Source: Myxococcota bacterium
GTDB taxonomy: Bacteria; Myxococcota_A; UBA9160; JAFDDA01
Length of the DNA: 64,000 nt
Reading direction: 5' to 3'
Assembly (NCBI GenBank): GCA_965228475.1
Contig: OZ245817.1
Location: forward strand, 480,001 to 544,000
The first letter of the stretch is position 1; each line of letters begins with the position of its first letter. Under the pieces are notes generated by a model. The model saw only the letters and a list, made by a program, of their open reading frames with translations, had not been told where the DNA came from and searched no databases. Below are positions 28,668 to 39,282 of this stretch, piece by piece. A program made the position numbers and the translations under genes.

Positions 28668-31508
28668 ATGGTCAGGCGGATCCCCGGACTCCTCGTCCTT
28701 CTCGGCATGCTCGTCGCGACCGACGGCCGCGCCGCCTGGGTCATCCCCGGCAACGACAACAGCGGCTTCTTCGGCGTCCGGCTCGAGGTGTTCGACGAGG
28801 ACTCCGGAGCCCTCGTCGGCGAGCTCGCCCGGGAGTTCGGCCAACCCACCGCGATGGCGAACGATCCCGCAGGGAACGTCTGGATCGCGAACGCCTCCGA
28901 GCTGCGGCAGTACGACGGTTTCACCGGAGACGAACTCGCACGCTTCCCGGCGCCCGGTTCGGGCCCGCCGGAAGGCCTGCTCTTCCTCGCGAACGGCGAG
29001 CTGCTCGTTGCCGACAGCGGCGAAGACATCGTGCACCGCGTCGACCCCACGAGCGGAGCGGTGCTCGGCACCGCGATCTTCGGGAGCGCCGCAACCGGGC
29101 TCACCGCGCTTGCCGTGGGCCCGACGGGGGATCTCTTCGCCGCCGACCCGGCCCTCGGGCGGCTGTTCCGTTTCGATTCCACCTCCGGACGGCGGCTCGG
29201 CGCATTCCCCCTTTCGGTGACCCTCCCGCGTGGCATGGCCTTCGGTGCGGACGGGATGCTCTACGTCTCGAGCAACTCCGACGACACCGTCGTCCGGGTC
29301 GACCCGGCGACGGGCGCCACCCTTTCGACGTTCGCCTCGGGCGGCGGCCTGGATGCACCCGAGGGCGTCGCGTTCGGGAGCGACGGGCACCTCTACGTCG
29401 CGAGTTCCGGCAGCGATGAAATCCTCCGCTTCGACGGGGCGACCGGCGCGCCGCTCGGCGTGTTCGCGACCGGTGGCGGCCTGGCGACGCCGAGCGGGAT
29501 CACCTTCGGCCCCGATGGCCATCTCTACGTGGCGAACCTCGGGAGCGGCGAGATCGTTCGCTTCGACGGGGCGACGGGCGCGTCGCTCGGCGTCTTCGCG
29601 ACGCTCACGACGGCGGTCCATCGTGCCCTCGCCTTCGCCTCCAACGGGGATCTCGTGGCGACCGCCGATACGGGCCCGACCCAGCAGCTGCGGCGCTACG
29701 ACGGAGCGACGGGCGCGATCGAGGGGTTCCGGTCGGCATCGGGTGCGGACGGGGTGGCCGCGGTCGCCGGGGAGCGGGTCTTCGTCGCGCGCACCGTTCA
29801 GGTCGATACCCACGACGTCTCGGCGGCATCGGGCGCCACGAACCTCGGCGTGCTGGCCGGCCCGGCGGAGCCCGCGGACCCGTCCCACCTGCAGCTCGGC
29901 CCCGATGGCTTCATCTACCTGACGGACGCCGGCGATCGCATCCTCGCCTACGACCCGGCGGACTTCCTCCCGACGGGCTTCGTCGCGGAAGGCGGTGCCG
30001 TGGCCGGCTTGCGGGGGTTCGATTTCGGGCCCGGCGGCGACCTCTACGTCGCGAGCGCCGGGACCGACGAGGTCTTCCGCTACGACGGAAGCACGGGTGC
30101 GCCCGTCGGGGCCTTCGCTTCGGACCCCGGGCTCGACGCCCCGCGCGACGTCCGGTTCGCCCCCGATGGCGATCTCCTCGTCGCCGGGACCGCGACGGGC
30201 GTGCGGCGCTATGACGGCACGACCGGCGCCTTCATCGACGTCTTCATCTCGCCGGTCTCCTTCTACATCCCCTATTTCCTCTCGCGCTCGACGGCCCCGG
30301 AGGTCCTCCCCGGACTCATGCCGGTGATCGACGGAACCGGCGACGGCACGAGCCCGCTCGTCGACCCGACGGATGCGGCCCTCGGGCCCGACGGTGCCGT
30401 CTACGTCGTGGGCCGCGGCTCGCAGAACGTGTTCCGCGTCGACGCCGACGGGACGGTCACGCTGCTGCTCGATGCTGCGGGCGGCGGAAGCGGCGTGCCG
30501 CTCTCGAACCCGTTCCGGATCGCCGTGGGTGCCGACGGCACGGTCGCCGTGGCGGGCGACAACGAGGCCGTGCACCGCATCAAGCCCGACGGCAGCGTGA
30601 CGGCCGTCCGCGACGAGACCGACGGTGGATGGCTCGGCGCGCGCGACGTCGCCGTGGGACCGACCGGGAACGTCTACGCGACGGGCCCCTGGCCGAGCGT
30701 CTGGAAGATCACGCCCGACGACGTCGCCACCCAGATCATCACCCTGACCGGAGACGGACAGGGCAACGGATTGAACGACCCGACGAGCCTCTGGGTCGAC
30801 GAGGACGAGTTCGTCGTGGTCGGCGCCGATGGGAGCGACAACGTCTTCGAGATCTCGCCGACCGGCGACATCGAGCTCCTCTACGCCTCGCCGAGCCCGG
30901 CCACCATCACCGACGTGGCCAAGGACGCACAGGGCAACGTCTACGTCGCGGCGGGCACCGTGCTTCAACTCCCGCCGGGCGGCGGCGTCGTGAGCGTCCT
31001 CGGCGGAGAGCGCCTGACCGTGGACGCGGATGGCGATCTGTTCGCACGAACGTCGAGCGGCGCCTATCTCCGCCGCACGCCCGGGGGAGACACGGCCGTC
31101 GTCGAAGCGCCGGCGACGGCCCTTGGCTTGATCGCCGCCGTGGCCGAGGACTTCGAGGCGGACGCGTCCGGTCTCCTCCTGCCGAGCCTCGTAGGGAACG
31201 CCGTCTACCGCGTGCCGCTTCCGCCCGAGTGCGGCGACGGTCTCGACAACGACGGGGACGGTCTCGTGGACTTCCCGGACGACCCCGGATGCCGCGACGT
31301 CGACTGGTTCGAAGCGCCGCCCTGCGACGACGGTCTCGACAACGACCTCGACGGCAGGATCGACTTCGCCGGCGGCCCGGGCGGCGAGCCGCCCGACGGC
31401 GTGTGCAAGGCACCCTGGGAACTGTTCGAGAAGTCGGGCTGCGGCCTCGGACCGGAGCTCGCGCCGCTGTTGGCCCTGCTGCTGGCGGGACGGCGAAGGA
31501 CCGCTTGA
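28668..31508 (+). CDS. Large secreted NHL/Vgb-like beta-propeller surface protein with acidic Cys repeats and a Cys-type C-terminal tail
   Basis: Signal peptide; many G.AFG.DG.LYV...I.RFDG.TGA blades; two C.DGLDND.DG..DF motifs; tail CGLGPELAPLLALLLAGRRR. Confidence 0.88.
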   Translation: MVRRIPGLLVLLGMLVATDGRAAWVIPGNDNSGFFGVRLEVFDEDSGALVGELAREFGQPTAMANDPAGNVWIANASELRQYDGFTGDELARFPAPGSGPPEGLLFLANGELLVADSGEDIVHRVDPTSGAVLGTAIFGSAATGLTALAVGPTGDLFAADPALGRLFRFDSTSGRRLGAFPLSVTLPRGMAFGADGMLYVSSNSDDTVVRVDPATGATLSTFASGGGLDAPEGVAFGSDGHLYVASSGSDEILRFDGATGAPLGVFATGGGLATPSGITFGPDGHLYVANLGSGEIVRFDGATGASLGVFATLTTAVHRALAFASNGDLVATADTGPTQQLRRYDGATGAIEGFRSASGADGVAAVAGERVFVARTVQVDTHDVSAASGATNLGVLAGPAEPADPSHLQLGPDGFIYLTDAGDRILAYDPADFLPTGFVAEGGAVAGLRGFDFGPGGDLYVASAGTDEVFRYDGSTGAPVGAFASDPGLDAPRDVRFAPDGDLLVAGTATGVRRYDGTTGAFIDVFISPVSFYIPYFLSRSTAPEVLPGLMPVIDGTGDGTSPLVDPTDAALGPDGAVYVVGRGSQNVFRVDADGTVTLLLDAAGGGSGVPLSNPFRIAVGADGTVAVAGDNEAVHRIKPDGSVTAVRDETDGGWLGARDVAVGPTGNVYATGPWPSVWKITPDDVATQIITLTGDGQGNGLNDPTSLWVDEDEFVVVGADGSDNVFEISPTGDIELLYASPSPATITDVAKDAQGNVYVAAGTVLQLPPGGGVVSVLGGERLTVDADGDLFARTSSGAYLRRTPGGDTAVVEAPATALGLIAAVAEDFEADASGLLLPSLVGNAVYRVPLPPECGDGLDNDGDGLVDFPDDPGCRDVDWFEAPPCDDGLDNDLDGRIDFAGGPGGEPPDGVCKAPWELFEKSGCGLGPELAPLLALLLAGRRRTA

Positions 31509-31651
31509 GCTCCTAGCGCGTCCGCGGCGGTTTCCCCTCTGCTCGCCCGCGCCCCCCAGGGATTCGCTTCGCCGGGCGTTCGTGCGAACGAACCGCACAC
31601 AAGGTGACGGCAGTCACGCCGCCCGGTGTAACCATCTGCAAAGTTAGGGAG

Positions 31652-33895
31652 GTGACGACCGAAGACACCCAGAATCGGCCGAGCCTCGCCGTGCTCGGCA
31701 CGGTGGCCCTCGGTCTGCTCGGCGTTCTCGCGATCGCGATCACGGCCAACCGCCTCGCCTCGGATGCGCACGAACGCTCCGCCGAAGGTGCGGCGCGCTC
31801 CTACTCGGCGGCGCTCACCGCCGTTCGCGACCGCTACATCCAGGACATCGTGCAGAGCGCGGTCGTGCAGCACATGACCCCGGACGAGAAGCAGCATTTC
31901 ACCTACGGAAGCTTCCCGGTCGCCTACGAACTCCTGAACGAGGTGAGCGAGGATCTTGCCGGCTCCGAGCGGGGCCGCTTCCGCATCTACAGCGACTTCC
32001 CGTGGCCGAGCCGAGAGAACGGCGGGCCGAGGACGACGACGGAGGTGGAGATCCTCCGGGCGATCCTCGACGGCCGCGAAGCCAGCGTCGTTCGAGAGGA
32101 GCGCCGAGGTTCCGAGCGATGGCTGGTCTTCGCGGAGCCGGTCGTCATGCGCGAATTCTGCGTCGACTGCCACAACGATCACGTGCAGAGTCCGAAGCGG
32201 GGGTGGAAGGCGGGGGACGTGCGCGGCGTGCAGCTCGTCGAGGTCGCGCTGCCGGCGGTCCCGTTGCTCCCGACCGAGGCGACCTGGAGCAGCCTCGGCA
32301 CGATCGTCGCCTTCTCGGGCTTGACCCTGATGCTCTGCGGAGGCCTCCTGAGTCGCGTGCAGCGTGGCCAGCAGACCGCCCGGCGCGGCCGGCTCTTCCA
32401 CGACCTCCTCCACCGGGCCGGAGACCCGATGATCTCGATCGACGAGGAAGGCAGGGTGACGACCTTCAACCTCGCCGCGGAGGAGCTGCTCGGGTATGGC
32501 GAGGCGGAAGTGCTCGGCCGAAGCGCGACGGTGTTCATGGATGCGAAGGACGCCCCGCGCCACGAGGCAGGCTTCCGCGCGGCGATCGCCCGGGGGCGTG
32601 CCCGCAGCGCCGAGCCCGCGGAGGTCGAGGCCGTCACCCGGGACGGCGAGAGGATCCCGGTCGGGATGGTCGTTGCCGTGGTCGACGGGCCCGAGGGAAA
32701 GCGGGTGATCGGGACGCTGCGCGACCTCCGCACGACGAAGCGGCTCGAGGCGCGCGTTCGTTCCGCGGAGACCGCCGAGGCGATCGGCCAGCTCACCGCC
32801 GGGATCGCGCACGACTTCAACAACATGCTCATGGTGATCGGCGCCAACGCCGAGGTCGTCCGGGAAGACCTCGAGGGGCGGATCGACCCCCAGCCGCTGA
32901 CCGACATGGTCGAGGCGGTCGAACAGGCCGCGCAGCTCACGAACCATCTCCTGACGGTGACCGGGCAGCAGCGCTTGAGCCCCCAGCCGGTGTGGCTCGA
33001 TCAAGAGCTTCCGCGAATGGTGAAGCTGTTGCGCCGGACGCTCGGGACCTCGATCCGGATCGAGCTCTCCCTGGGTAACGATTCCGAAGCCGTCCGGGTG
33101 GATCCGGGGCTCTTCGAAGCCGCCGTCATCAATCTCGCGATCAACGCCCGCGATGCCATGCCGGGTGGCGGGAATCTCTCGATCCGGGTCGACCGCGTCG
33201 AAGGGGCCGTTCCCTTCGAGGCGTCGCACGAAGCGGGCTTCGTACGGCTCACCTTCTCCGACACCGGCCAGGGGATTCCCCGAGAGCACCTCGAGCGCGT
33301 CTTCGAGCCGTTCTTCTCGACCAAGGAGACCTCGCGCAGCCGCGGGCTCGGCCTGAGCATGGTCCGCGGTTTCGCGCGCCAATCGGGCGGGGAGGTCGAA
33401 CTCGAGAGCTCGGCCGAGGGCGGCACGAGCATCTTCCTCTTCCTCCCGCGCGCCGCGGAGGAAGCCGCGCTCGAAGGGGACGAGGCGCCGCCGATCAACG
33501 TGGCCGGAACCAGCGTGCTCGTCGTGGAGGACGAAGCGCCCGTTCGCGAGGCCCTGGTGCGCATCCTCGACCGGCTCGGCGTCAAGAGCAGCGAGGTCCA
33601 CAACGCGGACGAGGCGCTCGCCCGGTTGACCCTGGGCGATCGGCCGGAGGTCGTGCTGACCGACGTGCTCATGCCCGGCGCACTCGACGGACACCAGCTC
33701 GCCCTCGAGATCGAGCGCCGCTTCCCCGAGGTCGGGGTCGTCGTCGTCTCCGGCTACAACGCCCACCCCGAGTGGCCGGCGTCCGTGCCCCATCTGCGCA
33801 AACCCGTTCGCAGCGAGGAGCTCGCCGCCGCAATCGATGAGGCCCGGCGGTCTCCCGCCGGGCCCTCGGTTGCGGACGAATCGTCCCTCGTCTGA
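31652..33895 (+). CDS. Hybrid sensor histidine kinase: periplasmic heme-c (DUF3365/Tll0287-like) domain, PAS, HisKA, HATPase, REC
   Basis: GTG after AGGGAG; CVDCH...WKAGDVRG; FNLAAEELLGY PAS; GIAHDFNN; NARDAM; GLGL; LTDVLMPG receiver. Confidence 0.92.
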   Translation: MTTEDTQNRPSLAVLGTVALGLLGVLAIAITANRLASDAHERSAEGAARSYSAALTAVRDRYIQDIVQSAVVQHMTPDEKQHFTYGSFPVAYELLNEVSEDLAGSERGRFRIYSDFPWPSRENGGPRTTTEVEILRAILDGREASVVREERRGSERWLVFAEPVVMREFCVDCHNDHVQSPKRGWKAGDVRGVQLVEVALPAVPLLPTEATWSSLGTIVAFSGLTLMLCGGLLSRVQRGQQTARRGRLFHDLLHRAGDPMISIDEEGRVTTFNLAAEELLGYGEAEVLGRSATVFMDAKDAPRHEAGFRAAIARGRARSAEPAEVEAVTRDGERIPVGMVVAVVDGPEGKRVIGTLRDLRTTKRLEARVRSAETAEAIGQLTAGIAHDFNNMLMVIGANAEVVREDLEGRIDPQPLTDMVEAVEQAAQLTNHLLTVTGQQRLSPQPVWLDQELPRMVKLLRRTLGTSIRIELSLGNDSEAVRVDPGLFEAAVINLAINARDAMPGGGNLSIRVDRVEGAVPFEASHEAGFVRLTFSDTGQGIPREHLERVFEPFFSTKETSRSRGLGLSMVRGFARQSGGEVELESSAEGGTSIFLFLPRAAEEAALEGDEAPPINVAGTSVLVVEDEAPVREALVRILDRLGVKSSEVHNADEALARLTLGDRPEVVLTDVLMPGALDGHQLALEIERRFPEVGVVVVSGYNAHPEWPASVPHLRKPVRSEELAAAIDEARRSPAGPSVADESSLV

Positions 33896-33931
33896 CCGCC
33901 CGCCTCCGATCGAGGTCCTGTCCCGCTTCGA

Positions 33932-36226
33932 TCAGCGGCTCGCGAGCGCCGCCGCCGAGCCGTCCCGGACCTCGGGGGCGAGGTCGAAGCGGTCGAGGTG
34001 CATGACCTTGGCGAAGGCGGCCGCGAAATCCTCGGCGAATCTCTGCCGTGCGTCCGCGCTGGCGTAGACCTCCGCGAGAGCCCGCAGCTGGGAGTGCGAC
34101 CCGAAGACCAGATCCACCGCGGTGGCGGTCCAGGTGATCTCCCCCGTCGAGCGGCTTCGTCCTTCGAAGACCCCTGCCTCGGTTTCGGACTTCTGCCACT
34201 CGGTCTCCATGTCGAGCAGGTTCACGAAGAAGTCGTTGGAGAGCGTGCCGGGCCGCGCCGTGAAGACGCCGTGGGCCGCGTTCTCGTGGTTCGCCCCGAG
34301 GACGCGCAGGCCCCCAACCAGGACGGTCATCTCCGGAGCCGTCAGCGTGAGCTGGTTGGCCCGGTCCACGAGGGACACCTCCGGCCGCCGGGCGTTGCCG
34401 CTCGCGACGAAGTTCCGGAAACCGTCGGCCTGCGGCTCGAGCACCTCGAAGGAGGCCGCGTCCGTCTGCTCGGCCGACGCATCGGTGCGGCCCGGCGTGA
34501 ACGGGACGGTCACCGTGTGTCCGGCCTTCTCCGCCGCGGCCTCGACCGCCGCCGAGCCGGCCAGAACGATCAGGTCGGCGAGGGAGATCTTCTTCCCGCC
34601 CGTCTGCGAGCCGTTCCACTCCGAGCGGATGCGTTCGAGCTCGCCGATGACCTTCCCGATGCGCTCGGGCTCGTTGGCCTCCCAGCCCGACTGCGGCGCG
34701 AGCCGGATGCGCGCGCCGTTGGCGCCGCCCCGCTTGTCGCTGTCGCGGAAGGTCGAGGCCGAGGCCCAGGCCGTCGAGACGAGGTCGGCGATCGAGAGCC
34801 CGGAGTCGAGCACGGCGCGCTCGAGCGCCGCGACGTCCTGCTCGTCGACGAGCTCGTGGTCGACGGCGGGAACCGGGTCCTGCCAGATCTGGGGTTCCGG
34901 TACGTCACGGCCCAGGAGCCGGGAGGCCGGGCCCATGTCGCGGTGGGTCAGCTTGTACCAGGCGCGCGCGAAGGCCGCCTCGAACTCCTCCGGGTTCTCG
35001 TGGAAGCGCTTCGAGATCGGGCCGTAGATCGGATCCATCCGCAGCGCGAGGTCGGTCGTCAGCATCATCGGCGCGTGGACCTTCGAGGGGTCGTGCGCGT
35101 CCGGCACGAAGCGGGCGCCGTTCTCGGGCGTCCACTGCCAGGCGCCGGCGGGGCTCTTCGTGAGCTTCCACTCGAAGCCGAAGAGGTTCGCGAAGAACTG
35201 ATTCGACCAGCGCGTGGGCGTGGACGTCCAGGCGCCTTCGAGGCCGCTCGTGATCGTGTCGCCCCCCTTGCCGGTGCCGTAGGAGCTCTTCCAGCCGAGC
35301 CCTTGCTCTTCGAGGCTCGCCCCTTCCGGCTCGGCGCCGACGTACTTCTCGGGCTTGGCGGCGCCGTGGGCCTTGCCGAGCGTGTGCCCGCCGGCGATCA
35401 GGGCCACCGTCTCCTCGTCGTCCATGGCCATGCGTCCGAACGCCTCGCGGATGTCGCGCGCGGCAGCGAGCGGGTCGGGCTTGCCGTTCGGGCCCTCCGG
35501 GTTGACGTAGATCAGGCCCATCTGCACCGCGGCCAGCGGGCGACGCAGCTCCCGGTCGCCGCTGTGGCGTTCGTCCGCCAGCCACTCGTTCTCCGGGCCC
35601 CAGTCGATGTCGTTCTGCGGTTCCCAGACGTCCTCGCGGCCGCCGGCGAACCCGAAGGTCTCGAACCCCATGGATTCGAGCGCGACGTTGCCGGCCAGGA
35701 CCATGAGATCGGCCCAGGAGATCTGCTGTCCGTACTTCTGCTTGACCGGCCAGAGCAGGCGCCGGGCCTTGTCGAGGTTGGCGTTGTCGGGCCAGCTGTT
35801 GAGCGGCGCGAAGCGCTGGGTGCCGTCGGAGGCGCCGCCGCGGCCGTCGCCGACGCGGTAGGTGCCCGCGCTGTGCCAGGCCATCCGGATGAAGAGCGGC
35901 CCGTAGTGGCCCCAATCGGCGGGCCACCACGCCTGGGAGGTCGTCATGACCTCGGCGAGATCCTTCTTCAGGGCTTCGAGATCGAGCTGGGCGAACGCCT
36001 CGGCGTAGTCGAAGTCCGCTCCGAGCGGATCGCTCTTCTGGGAGTTCTGGTGGAGGATTCCCAGGTCCAGCTGGTTCGGCCACCAGTCTTGGTTCGTCAT
36101 CTTGCTCCTCGCTTTCGCGTCGTGGGTTCCGGGTTCGTAGTGCGAAGGCTTCGCCGTCGCGGGGGTCGCGCCGCACAGGAGCGCGAAGGCCGCCGCTGCG
36201 CAGAGAATTCGGTGCTTGGAAGTCAT
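33932..36226 (-). CDS. katG: Catalase-peroxidase with N-terminal signal peptide
   Basis: [47 protein letters not shown]. Confidence 0.98.
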   Translation of the reverse strand: MTSKHRILCAAAAFALLCGATPATAKPSHYEPGTHDAKARSKMTNQDWWPNQLDLGILHQNSQKSDPLGADFDYAEAFAQLDLEALKKDLAEVMTTSQAWWPADWGHYGPLFIRMAWHSAGTYRVGDGRGGASDGTQRFAPLNSWPDNANLDKARRLLWPVKQKYGQQISWADLMVLAGNVALESMGFETFGFAGGREDVWEPQNDIDWGPENEWLADERHSGDRELRRPLAAVQMGLIYVNPEGPNGKPDPLAAARDIREAFGRMAMDDEETVALIAGGHTLGKAHGAAKPEKYVGAEPEGASLEEQGLGWKSSYGTGKGGDTITSGLEGAWTSTPTRWSNQFFANLFGFEWKLTKSPAGAWQWTPENGARFVPDAHDPSKVHAPMMLTTDLALRMDPIYGPISKRFHENPEEFEAAFARAWYKLTHRDMGPASRLLGRDVPEPQIWQDPVPAVDHELVDEQDVAALERAVLDSGLSIADLVSTAWASASTFRDSDKRGGANGARIRLAPQSGWEANEPERIGKVIGELERIRSEWNGSQTGGKKISLADLIVLAGSAAVEAAAEKAGHTVTVPFTPGRTDASAEQTDAASFEVLEPQADGFRNFVASGNARRPEVSLVDRANQLTLTAPEMTVLVGGLRVLGANHENAAHGVFTARPGTLSNDFFVNLLDMETEWQKSETEAGVFEGRSRSTGEITWTATAVDLVFGSHSQLRALAEVYASADARQRFAEDFAAAFAKVMHLDRFDLAPEVRDGSAAALASR

Positions 36227-36321
36227 GGTTCTCCTCGTCGGGAAGTCGCGCGTTCAAACCAGCATCGCCGCACCCGGGCCATCGGTCCAATTGATAATCA
36301 TTCATGAAGCGATAGGATCAG

Positions 36322-37214
36322 GTGATGATCACTCCGACCCTTCGTCAGCTCGAATACGTCGTTGCGGTGGCGGACGAGCGCCACTTCGGCCGTGCCGCCG
36401 AGTCCTGCGCGGTGACCCAGCCCGCCCTGAGTGCCCAGGTGCGCGAGCTCGAATCCCTGCTCGACGTCCGCATCTTCGAGCGCGACCCGAAGGGGGTGCT
36501 CGTCACGGCGGCCGGGGCGGTGGTCGTCGAGCGGGCGCGGGAGATCCTGGTGAAGGCAGGCGAGCTCGTGGACGCCGCGCGCGTGGCGCAGCGGCCTCTC
36601 TGTGGGCGCCTCGACGTCGGGGTGATCCCGACCGTCGCGCCCTACCTGCTACCGCGCGTACTGCCCGCCGTGCGACGGAAGCACCGCGAGCTTCACCTGC
36701 GCCTGCGCGAGCTTCACACGAACCGACTCGTCGAGGATCTCGAGCAGGGGCGGCTCGATCTGCTCGTCCTGGCCCTCGAGGCCGATCTCGGCAACGCGGA
36801 GACGTTCCCGCTCTTCAAGGATCCGTTCTTCGCCGCCATGACGAAGGGCCACGAACTCGCCAAGAAGAAGACCGTTCGTGAGCACGATCTCGAGGGGAGG
36901 CAGGTCATGCTGCTCGAGGACGGGCACTGTCTGCGCGACCAGGCGCTCTCGGTCTGCGGTGCCACGGGAGCGGTGGAGATCGGCGACTTCTTCCGGGCCA
37001 CCAGCCTGACCACGCTGATGCAGATGATCACCGAAGACGACGTGATGACGCTCCTGCCCGAGCTCGCCGTTCCCTTCGAGACGCGCGGACGGCGGGACCT
37101 CGTCGTGCGCCCGTTCCGGAGCCCGCCCCCTACCGGACCATCGGCCTCGCCTGGCGCAAGCACAGCCCCCGCGCCGACGAGTTCCGCACCCTCGGCGAGA
37201 GCCTGAGGGTCTAG
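36322..37214 (+). CDS. oxyR: OxyR (H2O2-sensing LysR regulator) with an apparent 1-nt deletion near 37126-37130
   Basis: TLRQLEY...HFGRAAESC.VTQP; EDGHCLRDQALSVC with both redox Cys; the conserved tail PYRTIGLAWRK...EF..L is in another frame ending at TAG 37212-37214. Confidence 0.9.
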
Positions 37215-37228
37215 GGCATATTATTCGA

Positions 37229-37257
37229 TTGACAAGCCAAGTGAGCGCCCCTAGCCT
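37229..37257 (+). promoter_or_regulatory. Sigma70-type promoter for the GST gene
   Basis: TTGACA-N17-TAGCCT with an AT-rich upstream stretch. Confidence 0.65.
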
Positions 37258-37318
37258 GCCACTCTTCGCTGGTCGGACGACCGATCAGCCCGTTTCGCGC
37301 GCCCCGAGGAGAAGCCCG

Positions 37319-38122
37319 ATGCTCGAACTCCACCACAACGCGTTTTCCACGTGTTCCCAGAAGGTCCGCCTGGTACTCGTCGAGAAGGGGCTCGAGTTCG
37401 AGTCCCGCGAGGTGAACCTGCTCACCGGCGAGCAGCACGATCCCGAGTACGTGAAGCTGAACCCGAATCACGTCGTCCCGACGCTCGTCCACGACGGCCG
37501 GGTCTTCGTCGAGTCGTCCCTGATCATCCAGTACCTCGACGACGCGTTCCCCGAGCCGGCCATGCGGCCGGCGGACGCGGCGGCCCGTTACGAGACCGAC
37601 TTCTGGATCAAGCGGGCCGACGACGTGATCCACAAGGTCGCGCCCGTCGTCACCTTCGCCCTCGGGCCGCGCAAGGCCATCCTGGCCCAGCCCGAAGAGG
37701 TGCGGCGCGCAAACGTCGACTCGATCCCTGATCCGGCCAGGCGGGCCATCCGGCGAAGCGTGCTCGAGCACGGCGTGGCGGCGCCGGAGTTCGCGGGCGC
37801 GCTCGGGGTCTTCGTCGACATGCTGGTCGACCTGGAGAGCCTCCTCGCGGAACGCGCGTGGATCTCCGGCGATCGCTTCGGTCTCGCGGACGCGACGCTC
37901 CTGCCCTACGTGCTGCGGGTCGAGCATCTCGGCATGGACCCGCTGCTCGACGGCACCGTGCGGCCGGCGCTCCGTGGCTGGCTCGACCGCGTGAAGGCCC
38001 GGCCGAGCTTCGTACCGGCGGTCGAGGCCTGGGCGCCTCCGGCCCTGGTGGAGATGATGCGCACCAACGGCAAGGAAGAATGGTCCGAGATCGAGGCGTT
38101 GGTGGAGGCCAGGACCGCCTGA
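37319..38122 (+). CDS. Glutathione S-transferase family protein
   Basis: STCSQKVR, KLNPNHVVPTL, ESSLIIQYLD, GDRFGLAD. Confidence 0.92.
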   Translation: MLELHHNAFSTCSQKVRLVLVEKGLEFESREVNLLTGEQHDPEYVKLNPNHVVPTLVHDGRVFVESSLIIQYLDDAFPEPAMRPADAAARYETDFWIKRADDVIHKVAPVVTFALGPRKAILAQPEEVRRANVDSIPDPARRAIRRSVLEHGVAAPEFAGALGVFVDMLVDLESLLAERAWISGDRFGLADATLLPYVLRVEHLGMDPLLDGTVRPALRGWLDRVKARPSFVPAVEAWAPPALVEMMRTNGKEEWSEIEALVEARTA

Positions 38123-38150
38123 GCGGAGCGTTCGAGGCCCCTCGCGGGCC

Positions 38151-39080
38151 CTACTTCCGCGGCTCCGCCGGCATTCCGAGGCTCGCGTAGCGCGACGCCG
38201 CCTCGTCGCAGGCCTCGTCGAGGACGCCCACGATCTCGTCGGCCTCGGGGACGATGCCCTTCCACGATTCGTGGATGCAGTTGTCCGCGATCCACTCCGC
38301 CCGGTCTTCGGCGGGAAGTGCTGCGAGCTCGAGATCGCCCGCGAGGCAACACGCCAGCCGATCGGCCAGCTGCACGCAGACCAGGGTGGCGCGCGTGAAC
38401 TCGGTATCGACGGGGATCTCGTCCGGGTCGTAGACGTGGTGGTGCTCGACGAGGTCGCACAGCGACGGCGGGAGGCCCCACTTGCGCATGGCCCGCGCGC
38501 CGAGCCGGGCGTGGTCGAGGCCGAAGAGGCCCGATTCCTTCTCGATCAGTTCCTCGGGCGTCCGCCAGCCCTTCTGCTCGACGGCGTCGAGCTCGTCGGG
38601 CGCGGTGTCGAGCATCAGGAAGCGGCCGAGGTCGTGGACGAGGCCGCCGAGGTAGGCCTCCTCGAGGCCGCCGTCCGGCTCGTTCGCGATCAGCTGCGTG
38701 ATCTCCCGGGCGAGGACCGCCACGAGCAGGCTGTGTCGCCAGAGGTCGCATTCGCCGGCCGTCGACGGGACGAACACGCGGGAGACCGCGACCGAGGTCA
38801 CGAGGTCCGCGATCGACTTCGCGCCGAGGCGCATGACGGCGTCGCGCAGCCCTTCGATGGGCTGGATGGGCGCCGAGTGCGCGGCGTTCGCGGCCTGGAT
38901 CACCTTGGCGGCGAAGGGCGGGTCGTCGGTGCCGAGCTCGAGGACCTCGGCGAAGAACTCGTCCGAGCGCGGGTCGAGGGCGAGCAGCCGGGCGACGACC
39001 GAGGGGAGCATCGGGAGGTCGTCGAGCGCGCGCTCTCCTGCATCCCGCTCGATCCGATTTCGCTTCGATGCCAGGGACAC
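38151..39080 (-). CDS. HDOD domain signalling protein
   Basis: LPMLP...DP...KVI..AN...AVMRLG; LWRHS; GLVHDLG; DHARLG...WGLP...HH. Confidence 0.92.
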   Translation of the reverse strand: MSLASKRNRIERDAGERALDDLPMLPSVVARLLALDPRSDEFFAEVLELGTDDPPFAAKVIQAANAAHSAPIQPIEGLRDAVMRLGAKSIADLVTSVAVSRVFVPSTAGECDLWRHSLLVAVLAREITQLIANEPDGGLEEAYLGGLVHDLGRFLMLDTAPDELDAVEQKGWRTPEELIEKESGLFGLDHARLGARAMRKWGLPPSLCDLVEHHHVYDPDEIPVDTEFTRATLVCVQLADRLACCLAGDLELAALPAEDRAEWIADNCIHESWKGIVPEADEIVGVLDEACDEAASRYASLGMPAEPRK

Positions 39081-39246
39081 TCGGGCCTCCGGGGCTGCGG
39101 GTTCTCGCGGACGCTGATGCCCTGAAATCGGCCAGCTCGGGGCCCGGCTTGAGCCGGCCCTTCGGTCGGATCGCGTCGAGCGACACGCGGGCGTGTACCA
39201 GTCGGTTCCATCTTCGGGAACACGACCCGAGCTGACGTGGTCCCGC

Positions 39247-39269
39247 GAAAGGGCGCTCTGAGGCGCCCT
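39247..39269 (-). terminator. Terminator-like hairpin after the Cys-rich protein gene
   Basis: Minus strand AGGGCGC-CTCAGA-GCGCCCT-TTC. Confidence 0.45.
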
Positions 39270-39282
39270 CCGCGCCCCGGGG

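Noticed and set aside
39085..39125. Fluoride riboswitch-like GCTGATG segment
   Set aside because: The 5' GATGG element is missing and the orientation does not lead into a gene.
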